Positions 16,798 through 26,325 of a DNA stretch of 64,000 nucleotides are shown here, one piece after another; within the stretch, counting starts at the first letter, position 1, and every line of letters starts with the position of its first letter. The stretch spans positions 106,537-170,536 of the forward strand of contig CAWFCE010000002.1 in the NCBI GenBank assembly GCA_963814275.1, written 5' to 3'. The notes beneath the pieces are model-generated. The model ran no database searches. It worked only from the letters and a program-made list of their open reading frames with translations, and was not told the DNA's origin. Both the position numbers and the translations under genes were made by a program. The stretch comes from Candidatus Parcubacteria bacterium. GTDB lineage: Bacteria > Patescibacteriota > Patescibacteriia > Patescibacteriales > UBA12075.

Positions 16798-19677
16798 TCA
16801 AATCGAAATCCCCTTCATCTCTCCCCAATTCTTGCCCGCCTTAGCGTCGACAACGATCGGAACCTTCAGTTTCATCGCCTTTTCCATGATTGCCTTATAC
16901 TCCGACGACACTTCTTCCACCAGGCCGTCCTTAACTTCAAAGACCAATTCGTCATGCACGGTCAGGATCATCCGCACCGGCCAATCGAGATAACCGCTAT
17001 CGCGCCGGCGGGGGGCATATCTTTTTATGGTTTCTGCCTGGATTTCAACCATCGCTTTTTTGATCATGTCGGCGGCCGTACCCTGAAGCGGGGTGTTGAT
17101 CGCCATCCGCTCGGCTTGCTTGCGGATCATGGTCACGGTCGAATTTATCTCCGGTAACGGCCTGATGCGGCCGAACAAAGTGCTGACATAGCCGTCGTGC
17201 CGGGCCTGTTTCAATGTCGTATCGATAAACTTCCTGATATTGCCGTATACCAGGAAATATTGTTCGATGAATTCGCGCGCCCGCTCATAGGGGATATCGG
17301 CCGTCTGGGACAGTCCGCGCGGCCCCTGGCCGTAGAGAATGCCGAAATTGATCGCCTTGGCTTCCCGGCGCATTTCGGGGTCGACCACTTTGGGGTTTAC
17401 TTGATTGATCTCAGCCGCGGTTGCTGTATGGATATCGGCCCCATGCTTGAACGCCTTGATCATTTTGGGATCACCGGAAAAATGGGCAGCCAGGCGGAGC
17501 TCGATCTGGGAATAATCGAGGCTCAGCAGACGATAGCCGGGCGCGGCCGTAAAAGCTTTGCGAATCTCCCGCCCCAGATCGGTCCGAATGGGGATATTCT
17601 GCAAATTAGGCTCGGTCGAAGACAAGCGGCCGGTGGCGGCAACCGTCTGGTTAAAGCTCGTGTGCAAGCGGCCGGTTTTCGGATTTATGAGTTCGGGCAA
17701 GGCATCCACGTAAGTCGAGGCCAATTTGGCCAGTTCACGGTATTCCTGAATCAATTTGATGATCGGATGCAGGTCTTTGAGCTTATCGAGTTCGCTCGCG
17801 GCAGTGGACAAACCGGTTTTGGTCCTGGCCACCCGGTCTGTCGGGATTTCCAGATTTTCGAACAGGATTTCCCGCAGCTGCTGGGTCGAACTGATATTGA
17901 ACTTTTCCCCCGCTTGCTTGTATATTTTGGCTTCGATCTCTTTCGTTTTCTTTTTGAGCTTACCGCTCATTGTCTTCAGAAATGATATGTCCAATTCGAC
18001 GCCGGTATCCTCGAGCGCGGCCAGCACCGGCACGAGCGGCATTTCGATAGTATCGAATAATTCCCGCAATTTTCGCGCTTTCAGCTTAGGCGCCAGGTGC
18101 CGCGTCAATCGCTCGGTAAAATCCGCGTCTTCCGCGGAATATAGCATCAGCTTCTCGTCTTCCACTTCGCTGAAACCGACCCGCTCGCGCCCCTTGCCCA
18201 GGAGGTCGTCTTTCGAGATCTTTTCGAAATTTAGCTCCGTAAATGTCACGGCATCCAAATTATGCTGGCGCGTCCCCGGATTAAGGAGATAACTGGCGAT
18301 CATGGTATCAAAATCGGCTCCTTCTACGACTATACCGTTATTTTTCATGACCCTGATATCGAATTTGATATTATGCCCATGTTTTTTCACATCTTTATTC
18401 TCAAATATCGGCTTCAACTCCTCCAACCAACCATGAGGGGCAAGTGTCGAATGTCGAATGTCGAATGTCGAATTCTTTTGATAATTAAATAAATTTTTTT
18501 CTTTCATTCGCAATTCGTCATTCGTCATTCGTAATTTGAGGAACCACGCTTCTCCTGCGTTCCAGGAAAAACTGATTCCCAGCAAATTCGCGGTTATCGG
18601 ATCGAAAGACGAGGTTTCGGTATCGAAGGTAAAACTCTTTTGTTTTTTTAACTTGGCTAGAAATGATTTGAATTTTTTCTCATCGTCCACCAGAATGTAT
18701 TTGAACTCCTGGCGGTTGCGTTCGAATTTATCCGCCGTACGGCCGGCCCGTTCTTCCTTGGTCGAAGCGACATCGGAATTGTTCATGGCGGCCAAACGCG
18801 GCAGAAGTGAATTGAATTCCAGTTCGCTTAGAAACTTCGCCGCCCTTTCCCGGTCATAGCTCCGAAAACGGGTTTTCTCCAAATTGAACTTGATCGGCAC
18901 GTCGCATTTGATGGTAGCCAGGTCTTGCGAGAGGTAAGCATCTTTTTTGTGCTTTTTAAGCAATTCTACTATCCGCGGCTTCACCTTCTCCTGGATTTTT
19001 TTACTGTTGGCATCGACATTCTTATATATATTATCCAGACTGTCGAATTCTTGCAAAAGCTCCGAAGCGGTTTTCTCGCCGATTCCCCTGACTCCTGGGA
19101 TATTATCGCTCGGATCGCCGCGCAAGGCCTTGTAATCGACCATCTGCTCCGGAGTGATGCCGTAGCGCGCTTCGACCGCGGCCGCATCATAGATGACCGA
19201 ATCGGTAACACCCCGGCTCATCGAATAAACCTTGACGTGATCGTTTACGAGCTGCAGCGTATCCTGGTCGCCTGTCAGGATAATCTTTTCCACGTCGCCG
19301 TTCACACTATTTGCAATCGTACCGATCAGGTCATCGGCTTCGAAACCGGATTTTTCGAACAACGGAATATCAAAAGCGGCCGCCAGCTCTTTGACCCGCG
19401 GTATCTGCCCATAGAGCTCATCCGGCGCCTTGATCCGGGTAGCCTTATATTCTTTATACTGCTTATGGCGGAAGGTCGGACCGGCTTTATCCATGGTCAA
19501 AACCACGTATTCGGGCCTAATCTCCCGCACCGCTTTCATCAGGAAGCTGGCAAAGCCATACACGGCATTCGTCACCTCCCCGCTTTTGGTCCGCATGGTC
19601 GCGGGCAGGGCATGGAAGCTCCGGTGCACCAGGGCATTACCATCGATAATCATCAGTTTTTCCTTGGATTTAGCCAT
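16798..19677 (-). CDS. polA: DNA polymerase I
   Basis: 5' nuclease N-terminus (LMIIDGNALVHRSFHA), exo domain (FTFDTETSS), and polymerase motifs (LLSLDYSQIELRLAAH, QVHDEL-like TVHDELVFE). Confidence 0.96.
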   Translation of the reverse strand: MAKSKEKLMIIDGNALVHRSFHALPATMRTKSGEVTNAVYGFASFLMKAVREIRPEYVVLTMDKAGPTFRHKQYKEYKATRIKAPDELYGQIPRVKELAAAFDIPLFEKSGFEADDLIGTIANSVNGDVEKIILTGDQDTLQLVNDHVKVYSMSRGVTDSVIYDAAAVEARYGITPEQMVDYKALRGDPSDNIPGVRGIGEKTASELLQEFDSLDNIYKNVDANSKKIQEKVKPRIVELLKKHKKDAYLSQDLATIKCDVPIKFNLEKTRFRSYDRERAAKFLSELEFNSLLPRLAAMNNSDVASTKEERAGRTADKFERNRQEFKYILVDDEKKFKSFLAKLKKQKSFTFDTETSSFDPITANLLGISFSWNAGEAWFLKLRMTNDELRMKEKNLFNYQKNSTFDIRHSTLAPHGWLEELKPIFENKDVKKHGHNIKFDIRVMKNNGIVVEGADFDTMIASYLLNPGTRQHNLDAVTFTELNFEKISKDDLLGKGRERVGFSEVEDEKLMLYSAEDADFTERLTRHLAPKLKARKLRELFDTIEMPLVPVLAALEDTGVELDISFLKTMSGKLKKKTKEIEAKIYKQAGEKFNISSTQQLREILFENLEIPTDRVARTKTGLSTAASELDKLKDLHPIIKLIQEYRELAKLASTYVDALPELINPKTGRLHTSFNQTVAATGRLSSTEPNLQNIPIRTDLGREIRKAFTAAPGYRLLSLDYSQIELRLAAHFSGDPKMIKAFKHGADIHTATAAEINQVNPKVVDPEMRREAKAINFGILYGQGPRGLSQTADIPYERAREFIEQYFLVYGNIRKFIDTTLKQARHDGYVSTLFGRIRPLPEINSTVTMIRKQAERMAINTPLQGTAADMIKKAMVEIQAETIKRYAPRRRDSGYLDWPVRMILTVHDELVFEVKDGLVEEVSSEYKAIMEKAMKLKVPIVVDAKAGKNWGEMKGISI
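18444..18536. repeat. Inverted pair of cgaatgN heptamer arrays embedded in-frame in polA
   Basis: Left arm gtgtcgaatgtcgaatgtcgaatgtcgaattc; right arm cattcgcaattcgtcattcgtcattcgtaatt; about 30-nt AT-rich spacer. Confidence 0.8.
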
Positions 19678-19866
19678 ATTTTATACTACTATTACAGCAT
19701 ATCAGCCGGATTTAAGCAAATAAAAAAACGCCGGCTACTGTGAACAGAACCCCAAAAAACAGACACTTACATGCCCTCTTTGGGGATACAGTTCAATTAT
19801 TCAGGGTGGCTTTGCATTACGGCCACAGCAAACATATGGACCCAGCCGTGCGTTTTTATCCTTGTA

Positions 19867-20919
19867 TTACTGTTTCCGTTCTAAATTGGCACCGCATTGG
19901 GGGCATTGTATCGTCGAGCAGGGAATTCCTTTTTGGTGGGGCGCCCTATAGCCGCACTTCGGGCAAACGCAATTGCCGCCCGGTCCCTGTCCCCGCGATT
20001 CCGGGTTATTTTTTGCCGGTTTGCCCTGCCTTTGCCAGCCGAAACCATGGCTGAAAGCGGGCTTGTAATATCCGGTTTCCATGTCGTGGCTTCCGATCTG
20101 GATTGCCACGTAAGAAAGGCTTTTTATATTTAACATTAATTTCCCTCTCAATGTTTCCGAAATTTTCGTCGCTTCTTCCACGCTTAGGTCTTTCGGCAGT
20201 TTGATCTCAAGGTTTGCCGTTATCTCTGCGCCTTTTTTCTGCGTTTTAACCGAATCAACCCCAACGCTCATCTCCATGGCAATGCTTCTTATCCTGTCTT
20301 CCACTTCCTTCCCGGCCGATACGTCAAGCAGGGAATCAACCGCCTCTTTGCCGAGTGAAAACGACTCCTTGATTATATAGATTCCGATCAGGAATGCCAG
20401 GATCGTATCGGCATAAATGAAATATTTTGCCAGGATCAAGCCGGCAAATACCGCCAGGGAAGTATAAACATCGACGCGCGAATGGACACCGTCGGATATA
20501 AGAGATATCGAGCCTTCTTTCTTTCCGTATTTGATCTTCACTCTTGCCATTATTTCATTGGCTGCCGCCGAAAAAAGCATTACCCCGAAACCGATATATG
20601 TGAATTCGATCGCTACCGGATCACGAAGACGCCCGTAGGCTTCATAAATAATTAATGCGCCCGTAGCGAAAAGTATAATAGTGATGATCACCCCGGTCAA
20701 AACCTCAATCTTGGCATGGCCGTAAGGATGTTTCACGTCGGCCGGTTTTTGGGAAATCTTTATCCCCCAATAACTTATCGCGGAGGAAATAATATCCATG
20801 ACCGAATGGATTCCTTCGGCCATAATCGACGATGAGCGAGAAATTAAACCGGCAGCAATTTTCGCAACCGCCAAAAATCCATTTGCCAAAATCGAAATTC
20901 CGGCGATTCTTTCTTTCAT
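19867..20919 (-). CDS. Cation diffusion facilitator (CDF) transporter with a C-terminal Cys-rich zinc-ribbon-like tail
   Basis: CDF TM core (HSVMDIISSAISYWG, DGVHSRVDVYTS). The tail is GNCVCPKCGYRAPHQKGIPCSTIQCPQCGANL. Confidence 0.88.
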   Translation of the reverse strand: MKERIAGISILANGFLAVAKIAAGLISRSSSIMAEGIHSVMDIISSAISYWGIKISQKPADVKHPYGHAKIEVLTGVIITIILFATGALIIYEAYGRLRDPVAIEFTYIGFGVMLFSAAANEIMARVKIKYGKKEGSISLISDGVHSRVDVYTSLAVFAGLILAKYFIYADTILAFLIGIYIIKESFSLGKEAVDSLLDVSAGKEVEDRIRSIAMEMSVGVDSVKTQKKGAEITANLEIKLPKDLSVEEATKISETLRGKLMLNIKSLSYVAIQIGSHDMETGYYKPAFSHGFGWQRQGKPAKNNPESRGQGPGGNCVCPKCGYRAPHQKGIPCSTIQCPQCGANLERKQ

Positions 20920-21301
20920 AACTTCTTTAATAAAATATTAAACAGTATCTATTATTTATATTTTATTAAATAAATATTACAAATAAATTAAAAAGCACCC
21001 CAAAAAAAGTGAGTAACAAACAATGATAAAAAATTTTACTTAAAGGCAAGGCGGTTAATTGATTTTTCCGCCCAAAATCCCTTTCAATCTGGCCGCGGGG
21101 CACCACTTCGCTTCTATGTATTTCGCTATTATCTTCGTGGTGCCATGCACCGTGTAGCTCCTAACGAACGAAGTGAGGTAGGGGCGAAGTGGTGGACCAT
21201 AAGGGATTCGAAGGGGCGGAAGCCCCGCTCCGGCTTAAGGTTCGTATCACCATTATCGCCACCATCATAAAATCCGCTGCGCGGCAGCGGATTTAATAAT
21301 G

Positions 21302-21375
21302 TGGACCATAAGGGATTCGAACCCTTGACCTCCTGCATGCAAAGCAGGCGCTCTAGCCAACTGAGCTAATGGCCC
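21302..21375 (-). tRNA. tRNA-Ala (anticodon TGC)
   Basis: Hand-folded cloverleaf: GGGCCAT acceptor with G3:U70, anticodon loop TTTGCAT, T-loop GGTTCGAATCC. CCA is not encoded. Confidence 0.9.
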
Positions 21376-21439
21376 GGAATATAACAATTAACTATTAACA
21401 ATTGACAGTTAACTTATAATTTTAATTGGTTTGTTTGGT

Positions 21440-21493
21440 TGGGCCTAGCTGATCGAATCTACGAAGCTTCGGCAAGGGGGGGGCTAATGGCCC
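21440..21493 (-). pseudogene. Truncated tRNA-Ala-like fragment
   Basis: Shares its first 11 nt (gggccattagc) with tRNA-Ala; the surrounding 13-nt forward string gctaatggcccgg (21483-21495) matches 21365-21377. It ends ...attcgatcagctaggccca. At 54 nt it is too short to fold into a cloverleaf. Confidence 0.35.
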
Positions 21494-21531
21494 GGTTTAA
21501 TTTTCGAATGACGATTTTCGATTTTCGATTT

Positions 21532-21637
21532 TTCCACTTGGTTTTACCTGCCTGCCGGCTGGCAGGGCCGAAGGTTCGCCAGGCTTCCACTTGGCTTTAC
21601 CTGCCTGCCGGCAGGCAGGGCCGAAGGTTCGCCAGGC
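21532..21637. repeat. 2 x 53-bp tandem repeat, each unit carrying a GC-rich palindrome
   Basis: Unit ttccacttggNtttacctgcctgccggcNggcagggccgaaggttcgccaggc occurs at 21532 and 21585. The core cctgcctgccggcaggcagg is a perfect 20-bp palindrome in unit 2. Confidence 0.85.
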
Positions 21638-21683
21638 TTTAGCCTGGTACATAAAGTATACGCAAACTTTCCCCATATCCGAA

Positions 21684-21959
21684 TCAAAATCCCGTATCCG
21701 TGGTTCCGCCGGGAAGATAAAATCTAAGCAAGGGGGACAGGATCCAGGTTAAAAAACCAGTGATCAGGCCGGTCATTATGAGAATACCGATAAATATCGC
21801 GAGCATGCCAATAAGTTTATAACCGAACCGTGAGCCGCCGGAGGTGGCCAATTTATCTTCAAAAAAACCAATCCGCCCGAAATTATTAAGCATCCACTCT
21901 GATTTATAGACGATTAAAACCCCAACTGCCGTGATTAAAAAACCGAGAATGAATTTCAT
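21684..21959 (-). CDS. Small membrane protein
   Basis: 91 aa with three hydrophobic helices. Confidence 0.55.
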   Translation of the reverse strand: MKFILGFLITAVGVLIVYKSEWMLNNFGRIGFFEDKLATSGGSRFGYKLIGMLAIFIGILIMTGLITGFLTWILSPLLRFYLPGGTTDTGF

Positions 21960-22038
21960 GCTGTACTTCGGATAGTTGCGCCAGGTGGAATTAACCGGAA
22001 ACTTTCTTTTCGTCCGACCAGCGCGATTATCCGGACAA

Positions 22039-23547
22039 TTAATACTTAATGTAATTTAACGGATTTTGCTTAACCCCGTTGATGATTACTTCGAAATGGA
22101 CATGCGGCCCAGTCGACCAACCGGTCGAACCCATGGCCGCGATCGTCTGGCCCTTCGTTACCGTATCGCCCTTTTCCACATAAAACTTTGACAAATGGGC
22201 GTATCTGGTCTTTTTGCCGCCGCCATGATCGATCACGATCTGGTTGCCGTAACCGGTCCCCCAGCCGGCCACTTCTATCGTCCCGGCATCGGCAGCGTAG
22301 ATCGGCGTACCGACCTTATTGGCAATATCGACTGCCGTATGGCGCCAGGAATAATACTGGGTGATGCGGCTGCCGACAGTCGGCCAGTTCATCTTATTGC
22401 CGGAAACGGGCGTCGCGCTGGGTGACGTAACAATATCACGAATAGCGGAAAAACCGGTATATGACGTGGTGGTATATTGCGGTTCGGTTACCTTTCGGCC
22501 GCCTGGTATAAGGAGCACTTGGCCGACTTTCAGCGTATCGCCCGGCTTCAATTCATTCGTCTCCATGACCACGTTCTCTTCAACATCGTATTTTTTGGCG
22601 ATACTGCCGATATTCTCGCCTTTCGCCACCTCATGGCTGACTCCGCTCACCGGCAGGATACGCAGCGTTTCCCCGGGCCGGATAATGCTATAAGCGGTTT
22701 TGTTATTTTCCCAAAGGATCGTCGAGACGCTAACCTCAAATTCCTGGGCAATCGTCGATATCGTATCTCCCGGCTGAACCTTATATTCGACGGTTTCCGT
22801 TCGCGCCCGTTTGGTTATCCTGGTCGCCGCCAGGTCGGGCTTAACGATGCTCGTACCGCCCTGAATGGTCGGCAGTGATTCTTCTTCGACCGCTATATCA
22901 TTGAGCGAGGCGCGCGGCTGGGGCCGGAACGCTCCCAGATTATCCAGATAGTTCTGCTGGATCGGAGAGATTACCGCTTCCTGGTCAAAAGTTTCGACAA
23001 TCAGACGCTCATTCTCGTCATCATATCCTTCAAATTCATTCTTGATTAGCTCCGCCAAGATGGTTTGCTGTGCCTTGTCGGTGAATCCGACCGCCTTAGT
23101 CTTCGGGGCAAGGTTGATGGCGATCAGCATAATCGTTATGACAACGACCAGGACATGGACCAGCTTCTGGTGGAAGAAAAAGGCCAATACGTTCTGCTCC
23201 AGGCCTTTCCAGCCCAGGCGCCTGAGCAGGCTCAAATAACGGCTATAGCCGGGGACGACGAGTTTGTAGAATATAAGCCGCAGAACAAAGTGCAACGGAC
23301 GTATCAGTAAGAAAACAAAAAAAGCGGTCAAAAACCTCTTTAATAAAATCAAGACCTGGAAAATATAGAACAAAAGGCTCGCCCCGGCCTTAAGCCAGCG
23401 TGATTTGCCGCTATGGCTGTTGCGGCGATTTTGCCCTTTGTATTGTTGCTTATAACGGTAATAATCGATATGGGTTTTGTTATTTTCGACGGTTACGGCA
23501 TATAAACTATCAGACCTTATAATACCATTAAAAACCTCTACGGTCAA
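22039..23547 (-). CDS. LysM-domain M23 family metallopeptidase
   Basis: Two LysM repeats (YKVQPGDTISTIAQEF, HEVAKGENIGSIAKKY) and the M23 core GYGNQIVIDHGGG...GSTGWSTGPHVHFEV. The start codon is uncertain. Confidence 0.9.
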   Translation of the reverse strand: MTVEVFNGIIRSDSLYAVTVENNKTHIDYYRYKQQYKGQNRRNSHSGKSRWLKAGASLLFYIFQVLILLKRFLTAFFVFLLIRPLHFVLRLIFYKLVVPGYSRYLSLLRRLGWKGLEQNVLAFFFHQKLVHVLVVVITIMLIAINLAPKTKAVGFTDKAQQTILAELIKNEFEGYDDENERLIVETFDQEAVISPIQQNYLDNLGAFRPQPRASLNDIAVEEESLPTIQGGTSIVKPDLAATRITKRARTETVEYKVQPGDTISTIAQEFEVSVSTILWENNKTAYSIIRPGETLRILPVSGVSHEVAKGENIGSIAKKYDVEENVVMETNELKPGDTLKVGQVLLIPGGRKVTEPQYTTTSYTGFSAIRDIVTSPSATPVSGNKMNWPTVGSRITQYYSWRHTAVDIANKVGTPIYAADAGTIEVAGWGTGYGNQIVIDHGGGKKTRYAHLSKFYVEKGDTVTKGQTIAAMGSTGWSTGPHVHFEVIINGVKQNPLNYIKY

Positions 23548-23632
23548 GCTTATACCGCCCTCTACTCAACGCCGAATTTGACAAGTTTAACGAACATATT
23601 ATAATGGAAAATAATAATTATTAAAGCTTTTT

Positions 23633-23848
23633 ATGGAAGAACAAATTGGCGAAATCTTGGAATTAACCAAGAAAAAAATGCAGGAACAGGGAGCTTTCGA
23701 CCGCGACGCCTATAAGAATCTGGTTGAGGAAACGATTGATTATTTTGTCGAAAAAGGCAAACTGACCGATGACGACAATCTGGAATTTATCGAAGACCGC
23801 CTGTTGGATATGTACGATGATGTACGGGAGGGATTCGAAGACCGCTGA
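23633..23848 (+). CDS. Hypothetical acidic 71-aa protein
   Basis: Clean ORF but no clear SD. Confidence 0.4.
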   Translation: MEEQIGEILELTKKKMQEQGAFDRDAYKNLVEETIDYFVEKGKLTDDDNLEFIEDRLLDMYDDVREGFEDR

Positions 23849-23966
23849 TCGGTTTGGGATTTTTATGATTGTTGGGATGGTTGGGATTGTTAAGCTTGGA
23901 ATTTAAAATTTATATATCAAAAAGACCGTTTATCCGCATAAACGGTCTTTTGTTATCCCAAAAATC

Positions 23967-25784
23967 CTACACTTTTATCACCACCGGCAGCACCATCGGC
24001 CGGCGTTTGGTCTTGGCGAAAAGAAATTGGCCGATTTCATTACGAATCTTATTCTTGATATAATCGTCGTCGGCCGGCGTTCGCGGGTCGTGGTCCTTCA
24101 CTATCTTTTTGACTTTCATCCGGGTCTCTTCGATCAATTCGCGATTTTCTTTCATGTAGACGAAGCCGCGGGATATGATATCCGGGTTGCCGATCGGATC
24201 GCCGGTCTTCGCATCGATCGTGGCGATCGCCACGATCATGCCGTCTTCGGCCATTACCCGCCGGTCGCGCAATACGATATTCGAAACGTCGCCCACACCC
24301 AAGCCGTCAACCATCACATAGTCGGCCGGCACTTTTTCGCTGGTCAAGCGCCCGGCTGAAGCATTGTTCTCGGTGGAAAATTCGACCACCTGTCCGTTAT
24401 CGGCGACAAAAACATTCTGTTCGGGGATACCGACCGCCGTAGCCAGGTCGGCATGGGCCTGAAGCATATAATGACTGCCTTCGATCGGCATGAAAAATTT
24501 CGGTTTCAGAAGGCGCATCATCAATTTAAGGTCTTCCTGCTTGGCGTGGCCGCCGGCATGGACGTCCATCATCTGGTAATGGATTACCCTTGCCCCCTGC
24601 CGCACAACCATATCTTTCAGGGTCTGGATACTGCGTTCGTTGCCCGGAATGATCGAAGAGGAAAATATCACCGTATCGCCTTTCTTAAGCTGGATCGTTT
24701 TGTGCTCCCGGTTTACCACGCGCCGTAGGAATGCGTTCGATTCGCCTTGCGCGCCGGTACCGAGGATGATGATCTTCTTATCGGGCAAACGCCGCAAATC
24801 CCCATCGTGGGCGATGATACGGGGGTTGAATTTAAGGTAGCCGATCTGATGGGCGATTTCGACGTTATTGTTCATGGACCGGCCCTGGAGATAGATACGG
24901 CGGCCATGTTTCCTGGCTAAATCAAATATTTTCTGGATACGGCTGATCTGCGAAGCAAATGTTCCGATAATGATACGGCCGTCAAGCCGCTCGAAAATGC
25001 GGTCGATCTCGTCGCCGATCGTCGATTCGGAAACCTGGTAGCCGGGATCGATCGCGTCGGTTGAATCAGCCATCATCAGCATGATGCCGTGGTCGCCCAA
25101 AAGGGCAACCCGGTTCAAATCGGCCGGTTTATCATTAACCGGCGAATAATCGATCTTGAAATCACCGGTATGGATAACCGTGCCGACAGGCGTATGGACG
25201 ATCGTAGCGAATGCGTCCGGAATAGAATGGTTGACGCGCAAAAACTCGACTTTAAAATTCTTGCCAAGCGAAAAATTTTTCGTATCATCGATCTCTATCA
25301 TATTCGGTTTGGGGCAGTGCCGAAACTCTTCACAACGCTTGCGGATCAAGCCGGCGGTCAATTTACCGGTATAGATAGGCGGATTATTCAGGGGACCAAG
25401 AATATGGGGAATCCCTCCGATATGATCCATATGGCCATGCGAAATGACCGCGCCCTTGATCCAGTCGGTTTTGTCTTCCAGATAGCGGATATTGGGAATA
25501 ATATAATCGATCCCCGGCATATCCTCTTCCGGAAACTGTAATCCGATATCGATAATTATTATTTCTTTGTTATATTCTATTACGGTCATGTTCCGGCCGA
25601 CCTCTTCCAGGCCGCCCAGCACAATAATCCGTAATTTGCCGTTTTGGTAAGCCGTGGCCTGGCCATCCATTACCGCCGGCTTGTTCCGCGTGGCGGGCCG
25701 TCGCCGACCAAACGGCTGTTCGTTTTGTCCGCGGAGTGGCGGCCTATTTTGCTGCCGGCTCCGTGGTTTGTATTTTGTTATCAT
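23967..25784 (-). CDS. rnj: Ribonuclease J
   Basis: Metallo-beta-lactamase HGHMDHIGG, beta-CASP layout and a basic N-terminal extension. Confidence 0.93.
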   Translation of the reverse strand: MITKYKPRSRQQNRPPLRGQNEQPFGRRRPATRNKPAVMDGQATAYQNGKLRIIVLGGLEEVGRNMTVIEYNKEIIIIDIGLQFPEEDMPGIDYIIPNIRYLEDKTDWIKGAVISHGHMDHIGGIPHILGPLNNPPIYTGKLTAGLIRKRCEEFRHCPKPNMIEIDDTKNFSLGKNFKVEFLRVNHSIPDAFATIVHTPVGTVIHTGDFKIDYSPVNDKPADLNRVALLGDHGIMLMMADSTDAIDPGYQVSESTIGDEIDRIFERLDGRIIIGTFASQISRIQKIFDLARKHGRRIYLQGRSMNNNVEIAHQIGYLKFNPRIIAHDGDLRRLPDKKIIILGTGAQGESNAFLRRVVNREHKTIQLKKGDTVIFSSSIIPGNERSIQTLKDMVVRQGARVIHYQMMDVHAGGHAKQEDLKLMMRLLKPKFFMPIEGSHYMLQAHADLATAVGIPEQNVFVADNGQVVEFSTENNASAGRLTSEKVPADYVMVDGLGVGDVSNIVLRDRRVMAEDGMIVAIATIDAKTGDPIGNPDIISRGFVYMKENRELIEETRMKVKKIVKDHDPRTPADDDYIKNKIRNEIGQFLFAKTKRRPMVLPVVIKV

Positions 25785-26060
25785 ATTTTAATTAATAACG
25801 AGATAACAGTAAACAAACGACAGCTATACTGCGCTATTTATACTATTATCTTTTAATTTTGTTAATTATTAATGAGTCCCAATGACAATCTAATTATCGT
25901 TAGAGTACATTGTCTTTTTTAATTTTTATATGCTTCAAGAAGAAATTGGCGGGTCAATTCAGTTTGAAACTTTTTCGGCAATTACATTCGCAAATCCACT
26001 AAAAAATGAATATTGATAAGAGAGTTAACAGTTAATTGTTAACTGTTAATTGTCGAAATG

Positions 26061-26144
26061 TGGGCGAGAGAGGACTCGAACCTCCACGGCATTGCTGCCA
26101 CTAGCACCTGAAGCTAGCGTGTATACCAATTTCACCACTCGCCC
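26061..26144 (-). tRNA. tRNA-Leu (anticodon CAG)
   Basis: Acceptor GGGCGAG/CTCGCCC+A, anticodon loop TTCAGGT, long variable arm, T-loop GGTTCGAGTCC. Confidence 0.9.
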
Positions 26145-26325
26145 CTTTTTTCTGAGTAAAACTCAATATTTTTGCTTAGCTGTTATCGGTGTAAATTTAA
26201 ATTATCACAATTAAACACCGCAATTAACTCTAAATCCTAAATAGTAAATTCTAAACAAACTTGAATTTTCAAAATCCTAATTTTGGACGCCAAAGAAAAC
26301 TTTATTGCCGGACCGGAATCACGGC

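Noticed and set aside
17197-19743. Plus-strand ORFs 17197-17985, 17756-18292, 18536-18859 and 18925-19743
   Set aside because: All are antisense shadows inside polA.
21129-21338. 69-aa minus-strand ORF
   Set aside because: It runs through tRNA-Ala and its duplicated 3' fragment.
21532-21637. Possible CRISPR array (repeated GC-rich palindromic units)
   Set aside because: There are only two directly abutting 53-bp units with no spacers, and no cas genes in the window.
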